Source of the DNA: Candidatus Bathyarchaeota archaeon
Lineage (GTDB): Archaea; Thermoproteota; Bathyarchaeia; Bathyarchaeales; Bathyarchaeaceae
Assembly (NCBI GenBank): GCA_963697165.1
Contig: CAVOMX010000011.1
Coordinates: 139,524 to 203,523, forward strand
DNA: 64,000 nt
Direction: 5' to 3'
The position numbers and the translations under genes were made by a program. Positions within the stretch are counted from its first letter, which is position 1; each line of letters begins with the position of its first letter. This document shows, piece by piece, positions 30,200 to 39,790 of this stretch. The notes below the pieces were generated by a model. It was not told the origin of the DNA and made no database searches. It was given only the letters and a program-made list of their open reading frames with translations.

Positions 30200-30608
30200 T
30201 GTGCATCCATATTTGATTTTCTCGGTAAGCCTATTAAATTCTTACATTAAATTCTTACATTTCCAGAAAAAATTGTTGCTGCCGTTGCACATGCAGTTGT
30301 CATTCTTTAGAGAGAATATATCATCTCCTTGAAATTGCTATGGGAAATACGGTGGAATCTTAATGGAAACTTTAGTATTAAGCCTCGTATCAATGGAAGT
30401 TTGCTATGAACAAGTTAGGTCATAACGTTTCAAGAATGTGGGGATTCATGATGCCAGCACAGTCTGTTTAGCCTTCAACTTCCAGACATCATATACTTAT
30501 GTTAAGTAAAAAGGCGCAAACAGGTTTTTAGCAGCCAAAAGTCATTTCTTTTTTGTGGCTTTTCCGAAAAAAGTTAAAGCCACAACAGGTAACGTGAAAT
30601 ACACGCCG

Positions 30609-31228
30609 ATGTTGGAGATGAAGACTTGGTTGTTTCAGTGGATGGAGGATTTAGCTACTTCAGTTTGGTTATCTTGGCATTTTTATCATAAGCTTCATCG
30701 GTTCCGTGTCCGTGGTCTTTCCTATACCATACACCATCGTAATTTTCTTTTTAGGGGCGGTTTTGGATCCGTTTTTTGTTGCAGTTAGCGGTGGATTAGG
30801 TGCAGCACTCGGAGAATTTTCAGGATACACGCTTGGCTACTATGGAAGAAAAATAGTAAACGAACAAAGACACAAGAAAAATGAAGTACATGGTGAAACT
30901 CTTTGACAAGTACGGACCTGCGACAATCTTTCTTTTTGCCCTAACACCTTTGCCAGATGATTTGCTTTTCATTCCATTGGGTGTTATGCGTTACCCGTTT
31001 TGGAAAGCATTCATACCGGCCCTTTTCGGTAAGATGCTTGATGACATTCATTTTGGCTGTACAGCGGTCAACAGTCAATCGAATTAATTGAAATCAGTAT
31101 TTGGTGGGTCAGGGTGGATAGGAACAGTAATCACGGTTGCTCTGTTGATTCTTATAATTGTGGCGATGATCAAGATTGATTGGGAGACGCTTTTTGAGAA
31201 GCATGTTGGCAACAAGAAAGTTGACTAA
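30609..31228 (+). CDS. VTT/DedA (SNARE-associated) membrane protein; several frameshifts
   Basis: SVVFPIPY, GAALGEFSGY, FALTPLPDD, GK motifs spread over frames. Confidence 0.8.
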
Positions 31229-31406
31229 ATGCCAAAGTCCTCCATGAAAAGATTGCAAACAACAGGTAACTTAACACAAAGTTTAACATTTTATGTGTAA
31301 CAGAAACTTACCCTTAGGTCAAAATAGCGTCACCATAAGCCAAAAGCAACATAAAAAAGTTAAATATTCGCGTAGCTTCAAGCATTATCCCTGGCTGGTG
31401 ACAAAC

Positions 31407-31598
31407 ATGGTTAACGAAGTAAAGGGACGACTCTTCAAGAGAAAAGACGGAAAATACCTAATCTATGTACCTGTAGACTTGACTGAAGACAGCATGTTCC
31501 CATTCAAAGCCAACTCTGCTGTTCCAGTAAAAATCAGTTTCACCGTAGGAGACAACAAACTCAAGATAGAGAAATGGAACGAAGAAGAAACCGAGTGA
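31407..31598 (+). CDS. Small protein, possible AbrB-like fold
   Basis: GRLFKRKDGKYLIYVPVDL..FPF..VKISF..LKIEK; GGTGA SD. Confidence 0.7.
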   Translation: MVNEVKGRLFKRKDGKYLIYVPVDLTEDSMFPFKANSAVPVKISFTVGDNKLKIEKWNEEETE

Positions 31599-31833
31599 GC
31601 TACAGGCAAGCAATAAACAAACCAGTCTTTTTAAAAAAAGTATATGTTTCAAATATTCTTCAAAAGAACAACGGAATGCATGACAGCATGGCCAGAAGAC
31701 AGTCTCTACTGCATCCGGTATTGAATCCACAAAAAGGTTTCTAAGATTTTAGGATGAATTTTTTTAGCCCCGACAAAAACGAGGCGAGGGAAAATTATAG
31801 TTACATTCTGTAAACTGTCAATCTGAGAGCAGA

Positions 31834-32159
31834 CTAGAAGGGAATTTGCGGGTTTTCTCGGGGTAATTCAAGTCTTGACACGTTTAGTTCATCGAATACG
31901 TGGAGAGCATTGTTTATTTCTTTGACGTTTCGGAGGGCAGTTAGACCCAAGTCGGTGATTGCGTAGACTTTTCTTGTTTGTGTCCTTTGCTGATTGATTG
32001 TTCCTTGATCAGATTGCGTTCCAGCAGAAAATCTATGCATTCTTTCAAAGCGCTACAGTTTATGTTTGCCTTGTATGTGATATGGGTCGGCTTTAATTTT
32101 CCATGGTAAGCCAGAGCCCGAAGAATAGCTATATGAATTTCCAATTTTGAGCGTCTCAT
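31834..32159 (-). CDS. Winged-helix transcriptional regulator (COG3432-like); frameshifted
   Basis: MRRSKLEI, PTHITYKANIN, then YAITDLG in the shifted frame. Confidence 0.8.
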
Positions 32160-32561
32160 GTTTTGTAAACCAAGTTCTAATACACACGAATAGTTTATAT
32201 CCTTTGAGAAGTGAAAATAAGAATCAGCATATGATTTTACAAATTAGCATTAACTCATAATACAGTTTCTATTGAGTAAAGATAAGTAGTATTCATATTA
32301 ATCCATGACGTCTAAAGAGCCTAAGTTAAAAGAACATGATGTATTAGATTTGAATTGTTTTAGTCGCCGAGAACGATTATACTATTCAATCCAATAACAG
32401 CTCATCAGTTACTAACAATAAATTTGGCAAAAATCAACAGAAATAAAATTACAAGCCATAGAAAAGTAATGTCAAACATAAAGATTAAGAAAAACGGACA
32501 ACAAAAAGTTCCAGAAAACCTTAATTCACTGTTATCCTTCAAGATAGCAAAGAAAAGCAAA

Positions 32562-32670
32562 GCCGGGGTAGCCTAGCCTGGTTATGGCGCCAGACTCATG
32601 ATCTGGAGAGCAATCTCCTAAAAAAATAGGTGCCCAGAAGTCGCGGGCTCGACTCCCGCCCCCGGCACCA
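32562..32670 (+). tRNA. tRNA-Met(CAT), probably elongator, with a 31-nt intron (32609-32639) in the variable loop
   Basis: Acceptor GCCGGGG/CCCCGGC, anticodon arm CCAGA-CTCATGA-TCTGG, T arm GCGGG/CCCGC, encoded ACCA. Confidence 0.85.
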
Positions 32671-32703
32671 AGCTTTTTCAAGTGACATTTTTAGTTAAAG
32701 TTT

Positions 32704-33303
32704 TCAAACTTTATGAGCAATGCATAGGTAGCATCCGGGTTCATCTTTAATGCTGATTTGAGTGAATCCGGTCTGCTCCAGTAAATGTATCAGCTCAGCC
32801 TTTTGTGGCAGCACATCATGCACTACAGCTAACGAAGCATCTTGGTGATGAATTCTTATTTCTTCACTGCTGAGTGAGTGTGCAATAACCAGTTTGCCGC
32901 AGGGTTTTAGTGCATAATTCATGTTTTGCAACGCTTTCTGTTTATTCTCTAGATGAGGAAATACCCCAAAACAGACCACAGCATCAAATGATTGCGCGTG
33001 ATAAGTGTCTTCTTCGATGTTCCCAACGTTTATGTTGACATTCTTGATGTGTGCTTGTTTTGTCTTGCATACCTGAACCATTTTTTCTGAGTAGTCAACA
33101 GCAGTAACCGATCCTTCGGGTCCAACCGCTCGAATTAAATAAGGAATTAATACTCCAGTACCGGTGCCCACATCCAAAACGTTCTGTCCAAACGTTAAAC
33201 CAAACAGTGGAACAAAATTTTCCAAAAAAGAGGAAAGTTTGGGAGAAAAAAATCGTTCATCCCAACTGTTTGCATGTTCATCGAAGTATGCTTTTTTGTT
33301 CAT
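32704..33303 (-). CDS. Class I SAM-dependent methyltransferase
   Basis: VLDVGTGTG, VDYSEKM, FDAVVC..VFPH, LKPCG. Confidence 0.9.
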   Translation of the reverse strand: MNKKAYFDEHANSWDERFFSPKLSSFLENFVPLFGLTFGQNVLDVGTGTGVLIPYLIRAVGPEGSVTAVDYSEKMVQVCKTKQAHIKNVNINVGNIEEDTYHAQSFDAVVCFGVFPHLENKQKALQNMNYALKPCGKLVIAHSLSSEEIRIHHQDASLAVVHDVLPQKAELIHLLEQTGFTQISIKDEPGCYLCIAHKV

Positions 33304-33316
33304 TTTTTGGGGCGCC

Positions 33317-34288
33317 TCATTTTCGTTTTCTCTTGGCGTAGAGCAAGACTGCTTCCACTAAAGCGACGATAACTGCTAATGATGTGGTTATCTGGAATAT
33401 GGTCACTTGGTTGTGTAGGTCAGCTTTTTCTGCTTTGAGAGTGAACGTAGACTGCCATGTGAAGGTGCCGTTGAAAAGTTGTTCTGCGTTGTAACGTAGC
33501 ATTTTAGGCAAGTTTTCGGTTCCTGGAATGGCGCCTGGAAAGTTTGTTAGCACCAAATGTTCAGCACCAACTTGTGAAGCTATTCCGCCCCCAAACTCGA
33601 CATCGATTTGAAGGTTGTCCACTACCAAAGCCACACCTTCAGTCTGCGCAGTTTCTAATAGAGCGGTTATGTCGCCAGCGGATAGTGTTTCTGGTGGATT
33701 GTATGTTGCTACAACTGTGAAGCCCGCCGATTCTATGAATGTTTTAAGCCAACTCATGCAGATGACATTCACATTTGATGCCTGCAAGGTTTCAGCTTGA
33801 CTTGCCATCCAACTGGAAACTTCGTCTACATCATTTAGTAGTTCTGAAATTTTTGAATCCAAGTTTATATCCAAGATTTGGCTCAGGTTTCCTCCTACTC
33901 CACGTATGTAATTTTTTGCTCCTGCAGGAGTGTTGTATGCTCCGGGAATAGCAACCACTGTTAGGTTCGAGTTTCCTGCAGCTTCAAGTAATCCGTCCAG
34001 CCAAGATTCGCCTGGAATGTTTTGTTTAAACAGAATCGTTGCTTTGCTCACAGCAGCAACGAATCCAGGTTTAATTTCATAGTCGGCAGGGCAAAGACCG
34101 GGTTGAACCAGCACCAAGACATTTGCTGTGTCGCCTAAGCATTCTTCAACTATGTTGCCAACTGCGCTTGTTGTGCAGACTATTATGGGTTTGTCGGAAG
34201 TTTGGGCTTCGGTTACTGAAAAGAACAATAAAGGAAGCATCATCAAAGCCATGCCACAAATTAACAGCTTTTTATTTTTCATTTTCAT
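33317..34288 (-). CDS. Metal ABC transporter substrate-binding protein (ZnuA/TroA-like), C-terminally anchored
   Basis: Signal peptide, IVCTTS, LVQPGLCPADYE, YNAEQL, C-terminal TM; operon context. Confidence 0.8.
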   Translation of the reverse strand: MKMKNKKLLICGMALMMLPLLFFSVTEAQTSDKPIIVCTTSAVGNIVEECLGDTANVLVLVQPGLCPADYEIKPGFVAAVSKATILFKQNIPGESWLDGLLEAAGNSNLTVVAIPGAYNTPAGAKNYIRGVGGNLSQILDINLDSKISELLNDVDEVSSWMASQAETLQASNVNVICMSWLKTFIESAGFTVVATYNPPETLSAGDITALLETAQTEGVALVVDNLQIDVEFGGGIASQVGAEHLVLTNFPGAIPGTENLPKMLRYNAEQLFNGTFTWQSTFTLKAEKADLHNQVTIFQITTSLAVIVALVEAVLLYAKRKRK

Positions 34289-35105
34289 TTTCCTCTTTTC
34301 TCCTTCTTTTGGGTGATAAAAGAAGTGCGACTGCAAAAACAATGGTTGACACAATAACTATGCAGGAGCCAACTGGTAAATCAAAAAACAAAGAAACAAA
34401 AAGTCCAGAAATAGTTGTTGCCATGCCGATTAGTGGGGAAGCTATCACTACTTTTCTCATGTTTTCAGAAAACTGTAGTACAGTAGAAGCGGGGTTAAAA
34501 AGAAGAGCGTAGATGAGTAGCCCTCCCACAAGTTTTAGGGAAAAAGTGATGACAACCCCCGCCAAAAAGATGATCAGGTAAATGAAGGGTTTAGTGTTGA
34601 TTCCATCTGCTTCAGCCAGTTTCCTGTTAAACATTATGGCGAAGAGTTCCTTCCAGATGAAATACACTATGGCTAACGTAGCCGCAAACAAAGTAGTCAG
34701 GTAAAACAAATCAGAGTTAGTCATTGAGATTATGCTGCCCCAAAGAACATTAGCCACTTGACTGCTGAGCCCAACCTCCGGCGCCAAAGTCAGAAACACG
34801 AAAGCCAAAGCCATGTTTAAAGGAAAAACTATGCTGGTAACAGTATCCGCATGCAACCTCGCCTTATCCGCGATTGGACCTATCATAAAGGCGGTGCCTG
34901 ACGCAAAAAGCAGACCAGTTACAAGCGGATTTGTTGCAGTTGCTACGCCTAGGGCTGCTCCTGCAAAGGCGCCGTGGGACATGGAGTAGCCTATGGCTGA
35001 GAGTCGCATCCTAACAACGAAAACGCCTATCAAGCCCATCAAGAAACCTGCTAGGATACAGGCAATCAGTGCTCGTTGCATGATGGCGAATTCGAGCCAA
35101 ATCAA
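34272..35105 (-). CDS. Metal ABC transporter permease (ZnuB/ABC-3)
   Basis: SHGAFAGAALG, LWGSI, LKLVGGLLI, DLPVGSCIV. Confidence 0.9.
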   Translation of the reverse strand: MIWLEFAIMQRALIACILAGFLMGLIGVFVVRMRLSAIGYSMSHGAFAGAALGVATATNPLVTGLLFASGTAFMIGPIADKARLHADTVTSIVFPLNMALAFVFLTLAPEVGLSSQVANVLWGSIISMTNSDLFYLTTLFAATLAIVYFIWKELFAIMFNRKLAEADGINTKPFIYLIIFLAGVVITFSLKLVGGLLIYALLFNPASTVLQFSENMRKVVIASPLIGMATTISGLFVSLFFDLPVGSCIVIVSTIVFAVALLLSPKRRRKEENENEK

Positions 35106-35857
35106 TGGTGGTTTTTCTCCAATGAGGTTGTGTGTGGATGGTTTTCTACGAGGGGTAGGGCGTTTTTTGGTGTCCCGTCGAAGGTGATTTTGCCGTTAGT
35201 TACTACTATGACTCTGTTGCAGTTGTCTATCATGTGGTGGATGTCGTGTGTCACAATGAGGGTAGTTAATTCTTTTTCTTTGTGAAGTCGTCTGATTAGG
35301 GAGGGAATTTGTCCGCGTGAATCTGGGTCCAAGTTGCTGAAGGGCTCGTCTAAAAGAAGGATTTTGGGGGTTTTTGCTAGGGCTCGGGCAAGCATCACTT
35401 TTTGTTGTTGACCGCCAGAGAGTTTGCCCATTGGTCTGTCTGCAAGCTCTTCAATACCTAGTAGTTTGAGGGCTTCTAGAGCTTTTTGTTTGTCTTCAGC
35501 TTCAGGGTTGTGAAGAAATCCTATCTGTCCGTAACGTCCCATCAAAACGACATCTATGGTTTTGTAGGGTTCTCCGGGTTTCACCATGAAGTCTTGAGGG
35601 ACGTATCCTATTTGGCATCTTATTTTTCGTCCGTTAGATTGGACGTCTAATCCGAAAACAGATACTTTTCCTTTGAATGGTGGGAGCAGCCCGTTTATGG
35701 TTTCGAGCAAAGTTGTTTTTCCGGAGGCGTTTGGTCCCACAACATAAACTAGCTCGTTTTGTTTGAGAGTGAGGTTTATGCCTTTGATGGCGGGTCTGCT
35801 TTCGCCCTCGTAGACAGTTGAAACGTTCTCAAGCTTGATGATTGCATTCTCAGGCAT
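35102..35857 (-). CDS. Metal ABC transporter ATPase (ZnuC-like)
   Basis: GPNASGKTT, GYVPQ, LSGGQQQ, LLLDEP, THD. Confidence 0.93.
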   Translation of the reverse strand: MPENAIIKLENVSTVYEGESRPAIKGINLTLKQNELVYVVGPNASGKTTLLETINGLLPPFKGKVSVFGLDVQSNGRKIRCQIGYVPQDFMVKPGEPYKTIDVVLMGRYGQIGFLHNPEAEDKQKALEALKLLGIEELADRPMGKLSGGQQQKVMLARALAKTPKILLLDEPFSNLDPDSRGQIPSLIRRLHKEKELTTLIVTHDIHHMIDNCNRVIVVTNGKITFDGTPKNALPLVENHPHTTSLEKNHH

Positions 35858-35904
35858 TATTTTGTTGCAGCTCCAAGCACGGTTACTGGTTCAACCCGAA
35901 CTAA

Positions 35905-35932
35905 GTATTACCTTTTAATAATTTCGTAATAC
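35905..35932. promoter_or_regulatory. GTATTA-N16-TAATAC inverted repeat, NikR-operator-like
   Basis: GTATTAC/GTAATAC arms 48-75 nt upstream of the ABC operon start, with an AT-rich TATA-like spacer. Confidence 0.6.
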
Positions 35933-36101
35933 CAAAAGGCATTATTAAATCTTTATCCATCTACAACCGCGAGTAACACCATACAGGTAACAAAACATAT
36001 TGTTTCGACGCCACACAAAAACAGAGAAACAGCATACCGTTTTGGAGCTAAACATTTAAACCATCCCGCATTAACCAATTTTTTATTAAACCAGAAGGAA
36101 G

Positions 36102-36914
36102 ATGAAGCAAACGGCGAAGTGTCAATACTGCGGCGACGATGTTGTTCTCCCCTTTCGATGCACTTACTGTGGGGGACAATTCTGCGGAGACCATCGTCTA
36201 CCAGAGAGGCATGAATGCCCTGAAGCGTGGAGGGCAAAGGCTCCAAGAGACGCGTCGCCAGTGAACACCCATGAATGGAATAAGGCACCTTCATACAAGT
36301 ACACCATCTCATATGCGCCCCAGTCATCATCCAAGATATTCTGGTTCAGCAAAACAGAACTCAAACACCTGCTCATCGGAACTCTCCTAGTCATGGCTGT
36401 TGGCCTAACCTACTTTCTTTCAGCAGTCTCAAGGTCATCACTGCTGAATCTAGCAATCCTGTCAATCGCATTCACGTTGTCATTTCTTCTTCACGAACTT
36501 GCCCACAAATTCTCAGCACAACACTTCAGATTGTGGGCAGAATTTAGGCTAACCCTGCAAGGAGCACTCATAACGTTGGTTTCAATTTTTCTTCCCTTCA
36601 AGATTATTTCTCCTGGAGCAGTGATGATTACGGGGTCGGGGACAAGGGAAACTGTTGGAAAAACAGCTCTTTCTGGACCAGTAACCAACATGCTTCTTTC
36701 AGCGGGATGCATCCTGATTGCAACAGCTACGCAGGACCTTTTCTGGTTTGTTGCATTCATAAATGCATTTCTTGCAGTTTTTAATCTCATTCCTTTTGGC
36801 GTAATGGATGGCTTGAAGGTTTTCAGATGGAACAAGACATTCTGGGCAATAGCATTTGCCGTAGCAATCGCTTTAACAGCTTACACATATAGCCCTGCAC
36901 TGGGCGATTTTTAG
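36102..36914 (+). CDS. AN1-type zinc finger fused to an M50/site-2 intramembrane metalloprotease
   Basis: CQYC..PFRCTYCGGQFCGDHRLPERHEC; HELAH, GPVTN, FNLIPFGVMDG. Confidence 0.88.
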   Translation: MKQTAKCQYCGDDVVLPFRCTYCGGQFCGDHRLPERHECPEAWRAKAPRDASPVNTHEWNKAPSYKYTISYAPQSSSKIFWFSKTELKHLLIGTLLVMAVGLTYFLSAVSRSSLLNLAILSIAFTLSFLLHELAHKFSAQHFRLWAEFRLTLQGALITLVSIFLPFKIISPGAVMITGSGTRETVGKTALSGPVTNMLLSAGCILIATATQDLFWFVAFINAFLAVFNLIPFGVMDGLKVFRWNKTFWAIAFAVAIALTAYTYSPALGDF

Positions 36915-36953
36915 AAACAGAATAAGCTACAAGAAAAAGAAGACCAGATGTGT

Positions 36954-37262
36954 TTACAGCAGTTCTATGCTGACGAAAACTTCCTCGGGTACACGAACTC
37001 TCATGATTCTTCGCATAACACGTTCTTCAGCGTCAACTATGATGAGGCGTTTGTGTATTCGCAGCTCCCATCGGTCCCATGTTGCAGTTCCTTGACCGCA
37101 CGGTGTTTTGCGTACTGGAACCTTAAGTTTTTTTGTTGGCAGAGGATGTGGTCCCGTAATCTTCACGCCGGTCTTCTCAGCAATGATTTTTAGTTCTCCG
37201 CATACATTCTCAAGCTTTTTGTAATCTGTGCTTGTCAGCTTGATTCTTGCTTTTCTTACCAT
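36954..37262 (-). CDS. rps10p: Ribosomal protein uS10
   Basis: GPHPLPTKKL, RKTPCGQGTATWDRWELRIHKRLI. Confidence 0.97.
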   Translation of the reverse strand: MVRKARIKLTSTDYKKLENVCGELKIIAEKTGVKITGPHPLPTKKLKVPVRKTPCGQGTATWDRWELRIHKRLIIVDAEERVMRRIMRVRVPEEVFVSIELL

Positions 37263-37407
37263 CGCTAAGATACTCCCTTAGATGTTGCCTTATCGTCTTT
37301 CCGCGTTTTAAATACTTTTTCCCTTAACTACCAGATTTAATGTCATCTCTTCAGAAATACCTTTGGGTTTTTGGAACATCAAGGTTACAGAAAACGCGAG
37401 TTTGACC

Positions 37408-38343
37408 CTAAAACGGAAGGATTAGACCAACTAACTCGCCGAACAGTAGGTAGCTTGATACCACATAGCCCAGGATGGCACCGCTGCACAAGTAAGGCAA
37501 CCCAGCTTGTGGCTTTCCTTTAATTACAACAGACATGAGAACTGCGAATCCAATAAGGGTGCCGAGCATCACAGATAAGGCAACGATGAGCCCGTTGTCG
37601 GCAATGTTTTGGAGAGCTGAGACAACCAATATTCCGGGCATAACTATGTCTCCCAAGCCCAAGAAGAAGGCTTCTCGCTCTTCGTTATCTTCTAGTTTTT
37701 CTTTTATCCCCTTCGTTTCTTTGAGAAGAGAATAAGTTCGTACTTTTGGTACAACCAGCATGACTGGCAGTCTAAGGTCCATAACTGCGTCAGCAAGATC
37801 GATCATGTGTTTGGTCTTGTAGACTGAAATGGCGTCGTATATTGACAGACCGATGAGTAGAATGATTACTAGAAAGATGCTAAGGGATATTCCGAAGATT
37901 CCGATAGCGCCTACGCCAACGATTATTCCGGTCAAGTCGATTATGTACCATTCTGGATATTTAATGAGTGCCACAACCAATATTGCTGCGGCGATTACCG
38001 AGATGAATAGTGCCAAAGTGGCGGAGACCACAAAGGACATCAGCGGATAGAAGACAAAAAAAGACGTGTAGCTTATTGACCCCAGAATGATGACTTGTAT
38101 GAACTGTTTCTTCCAGAATTTGGCAATCAGTAGTATTGTAACTGTGACTGCTAACATGGTCACGAAGAAGACAAGCAGGTTAATTGGATCGTTTGGGTTT
38201 TCGAAAACATCCAATCCTACTGCTTCAAAGGGCTGAGTTATCAGCATAGACAGACTGTGGATTACAACAAATAGGCCACCCATCAGCAACATGGGAAAAA
38301 CAGCTGTGCCCTTTTCCTTTTTTTCGTCAGTCATTTTATTCAT
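37408..38343 (-). CDS. Presenilin-like (PSH) GxGD intramembrane aspartyl protease
   Basis: IYDAISVYKTKHM, LGLGD, QAGLP, about 9 TM helices. Confidence 0.9.
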   Translation of the reverse strand: MNKMTDEKKEKGTAVFPMLLMGGLFVVIHSLSMLITQPFEAVGLDVFENPNDPINLLVFFVTMLAVTVTILLIAKFWKKQFIQVIILGSISYTSFFVFYPLMSFVVSATLALFISVIAAAILVVALIKYPEWYIIDLTGIIVGVGAIGIFGISLSIFLVIILLIGLSIYDAISVYKTKHMIDLADAVMDLRLPVMLVVPKVRTYSLLKETKGIKEKLEDNEEREAFFLGLGDIVMPGILVVSALQNIADNGLIVALSVMLGTLIGFAVLMSVVIKGKPQAGLPYLCSGAILGYVVSSYLLFGELVGLILPF

Positions 38344-38559
38344 AAGAACATGGTTACTCACTTATAGAGTTTTATTTGATGTAATTAGCAGTCGGGTTCT
38401 CCGAATACGTTATTTTGATTTATCTGAGTTTAGCATGAGTTTTTTATAATGTCAAATTGAGCTTTTTTTCACAAAATACAGCTAAAAAACCTACTAATTA
38501 GAGTAAACATCTGAGGTGTTAAATTTTATCCCCAAACCCAAATTAGTCATAATGCTTAA

Positions 38560-38584
38560 TAGTCTGATATTAGACTAGGTCTAA
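38560..38584. promoter_or_regulatory. Overlapping palindromes upstream of a putative wHTH gene
   Basis: TAGTCTgatattAGACTA (38560-38577) and TTAGACtagGTCTAA (38570-38584). Confidence 0.45.
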
Positions 38585-38602
38585 GTTGGGATAAATCTAA
38601 AA

Positions 38603-38965
38603 ATGAGATTGATTCATTTTTCAAAATATGATATTGCCCTATTTATTGAGGACAAAGGAAAAACGCGATGGACTCATCTTCTAAAAGAATTTGTTGAGAA
38701 TGGATCGGAGAAACACATCTCAAGACAAAGATTAACTGACTATCTGAAAGAGTTAGTTGATGAAGGACTTGTCACAAAATCCGTTGATCCAACTGCATTA
38801 ATGCTTAGACAGTTGTGGCGAGTTTATCCGGTCTATACAGTAGCAAAAAGTAGAAAAAAAAGACTGTTAGAAATTAGAAACAAAAAAAAGATGTTAGAGT
38901 TCATTGATTCTGCAAACCCAGAAGAAATCAAAAAATTACAGGAACACTTTAAAGATAAATTTTAA
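38603..38965 (+). CDS. Putative winged-helix DNA-binding protein
   Basis: RWTHLLKEF...ISRQRLTDYLKELVDEGLVTK...VYTV. Confidence 0.65.
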   Translation: MRLIHFSKYDIALFIEDKGKTRWTHLLKEFVENGSEKHISRQRLTDYLKELVDEGLVTKSVDPTALMLRQLWRVYPVYTVAKSRKKRLLEIRNKKKMLEFIDSANPEEIKKLQEHFKDKF

Positions 38966-39055
38966 CCCCAACTCATCACCACTATACAAAAAATTATATA
39001 CATAAAACAAGTACCGTTTACTATTGTTTTTGTAGCCTTTCGGAAGGGGAAATTT

Positions 39056-39628
39056 ATGATAGATGAAATTGAGACAGAAAATTACTCTGGTGCTTGGAAA
39101 AAATTCTTGAAAAAGCATTGGACTATGTTTGCTTTATTTGTAGTAGCAGCTATTGTGGCATCAGTAGGTGCAATTTATGTCTTTTTGTGGTTCGTCGGGG
39201 ATGCCCAATCAACAGGTATGATGCCATCGACTTTGGGTCTATGGACAATGGATAATATGGTGACCTTTATGTTACATTTGATTTTCTGGGAACTTGTCAT
39301 AATCGGAATCCCAGTAATAATTGCAGCAGCAGCAGGTTATCTGTGGTGGAGACGATTGCCTAATGATGAAAAGAAGGAATACAATTTCTTTGGCAAGCGT
39401 TCACACACGACAAGCGGAGGAGGCGGAATATCGTTTTTGTTCTTTATTGCGTTCTGCATCAAGGTTTTCATCGATGATAAGTGGAATGTTGCTATTGCAA
39501 ATTGGACATTTGACTATGTAGTAGATTCTATGATTTCAATACTAATCTGGAGTCTAATTATCTTTGGAATCCCTATAGCTATAGGCGTTCTCTTGTGGAT
39601 ACGCCATGAGATGAAAAAGAAGCCTTAG
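39056..39628 (+). CDS. Hypothetical membrane protein
   Basis: Four hydrophobic helices, Trp-rich. Confidence 0.75.
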   Translation: MIDEIETENYSGAWKKFLKKHWTMFALFVVAAIVASVGAIYVFLWFVGDAQSTGMMPSTLGLWTMDNMVTFMLHLIFWELVIIGIPVIIAAAAGYLWWRRLPNDEKKEYNFFGKRSHTTSGGGGISFLFFIAFCIKVFIDDKWNVAIANWTFDYVVDSMISILIWSLIIFGIPIAIGVLLWIRHEMKKKP

Positions 39629-39790
39629 AATCTTTTTTACTTGCTTTTTCCCTTCGCCGAGATTAGGGAAGTCGTCCATAGTTAACGAGCACTTGGATTT
39701 AGATTTAATCTTTGTATGCGCGCCCATTTAGTGTTTAAAATTTAACGCCAAACCCAAACAAGAGTTAGAGAATACAACGGTGCATGTGAA

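Noticed and set aside
32562..32670. Canonical 37/38 intron, or initiator or Ile2 identity for the CAT tRNA
   Set aside because: The 3' anticodon strand TCTGG follows the loop directly. The acceptor begins GCC with G1-C72, and the anticodon stem lacks the initiator's three G-C pairs.
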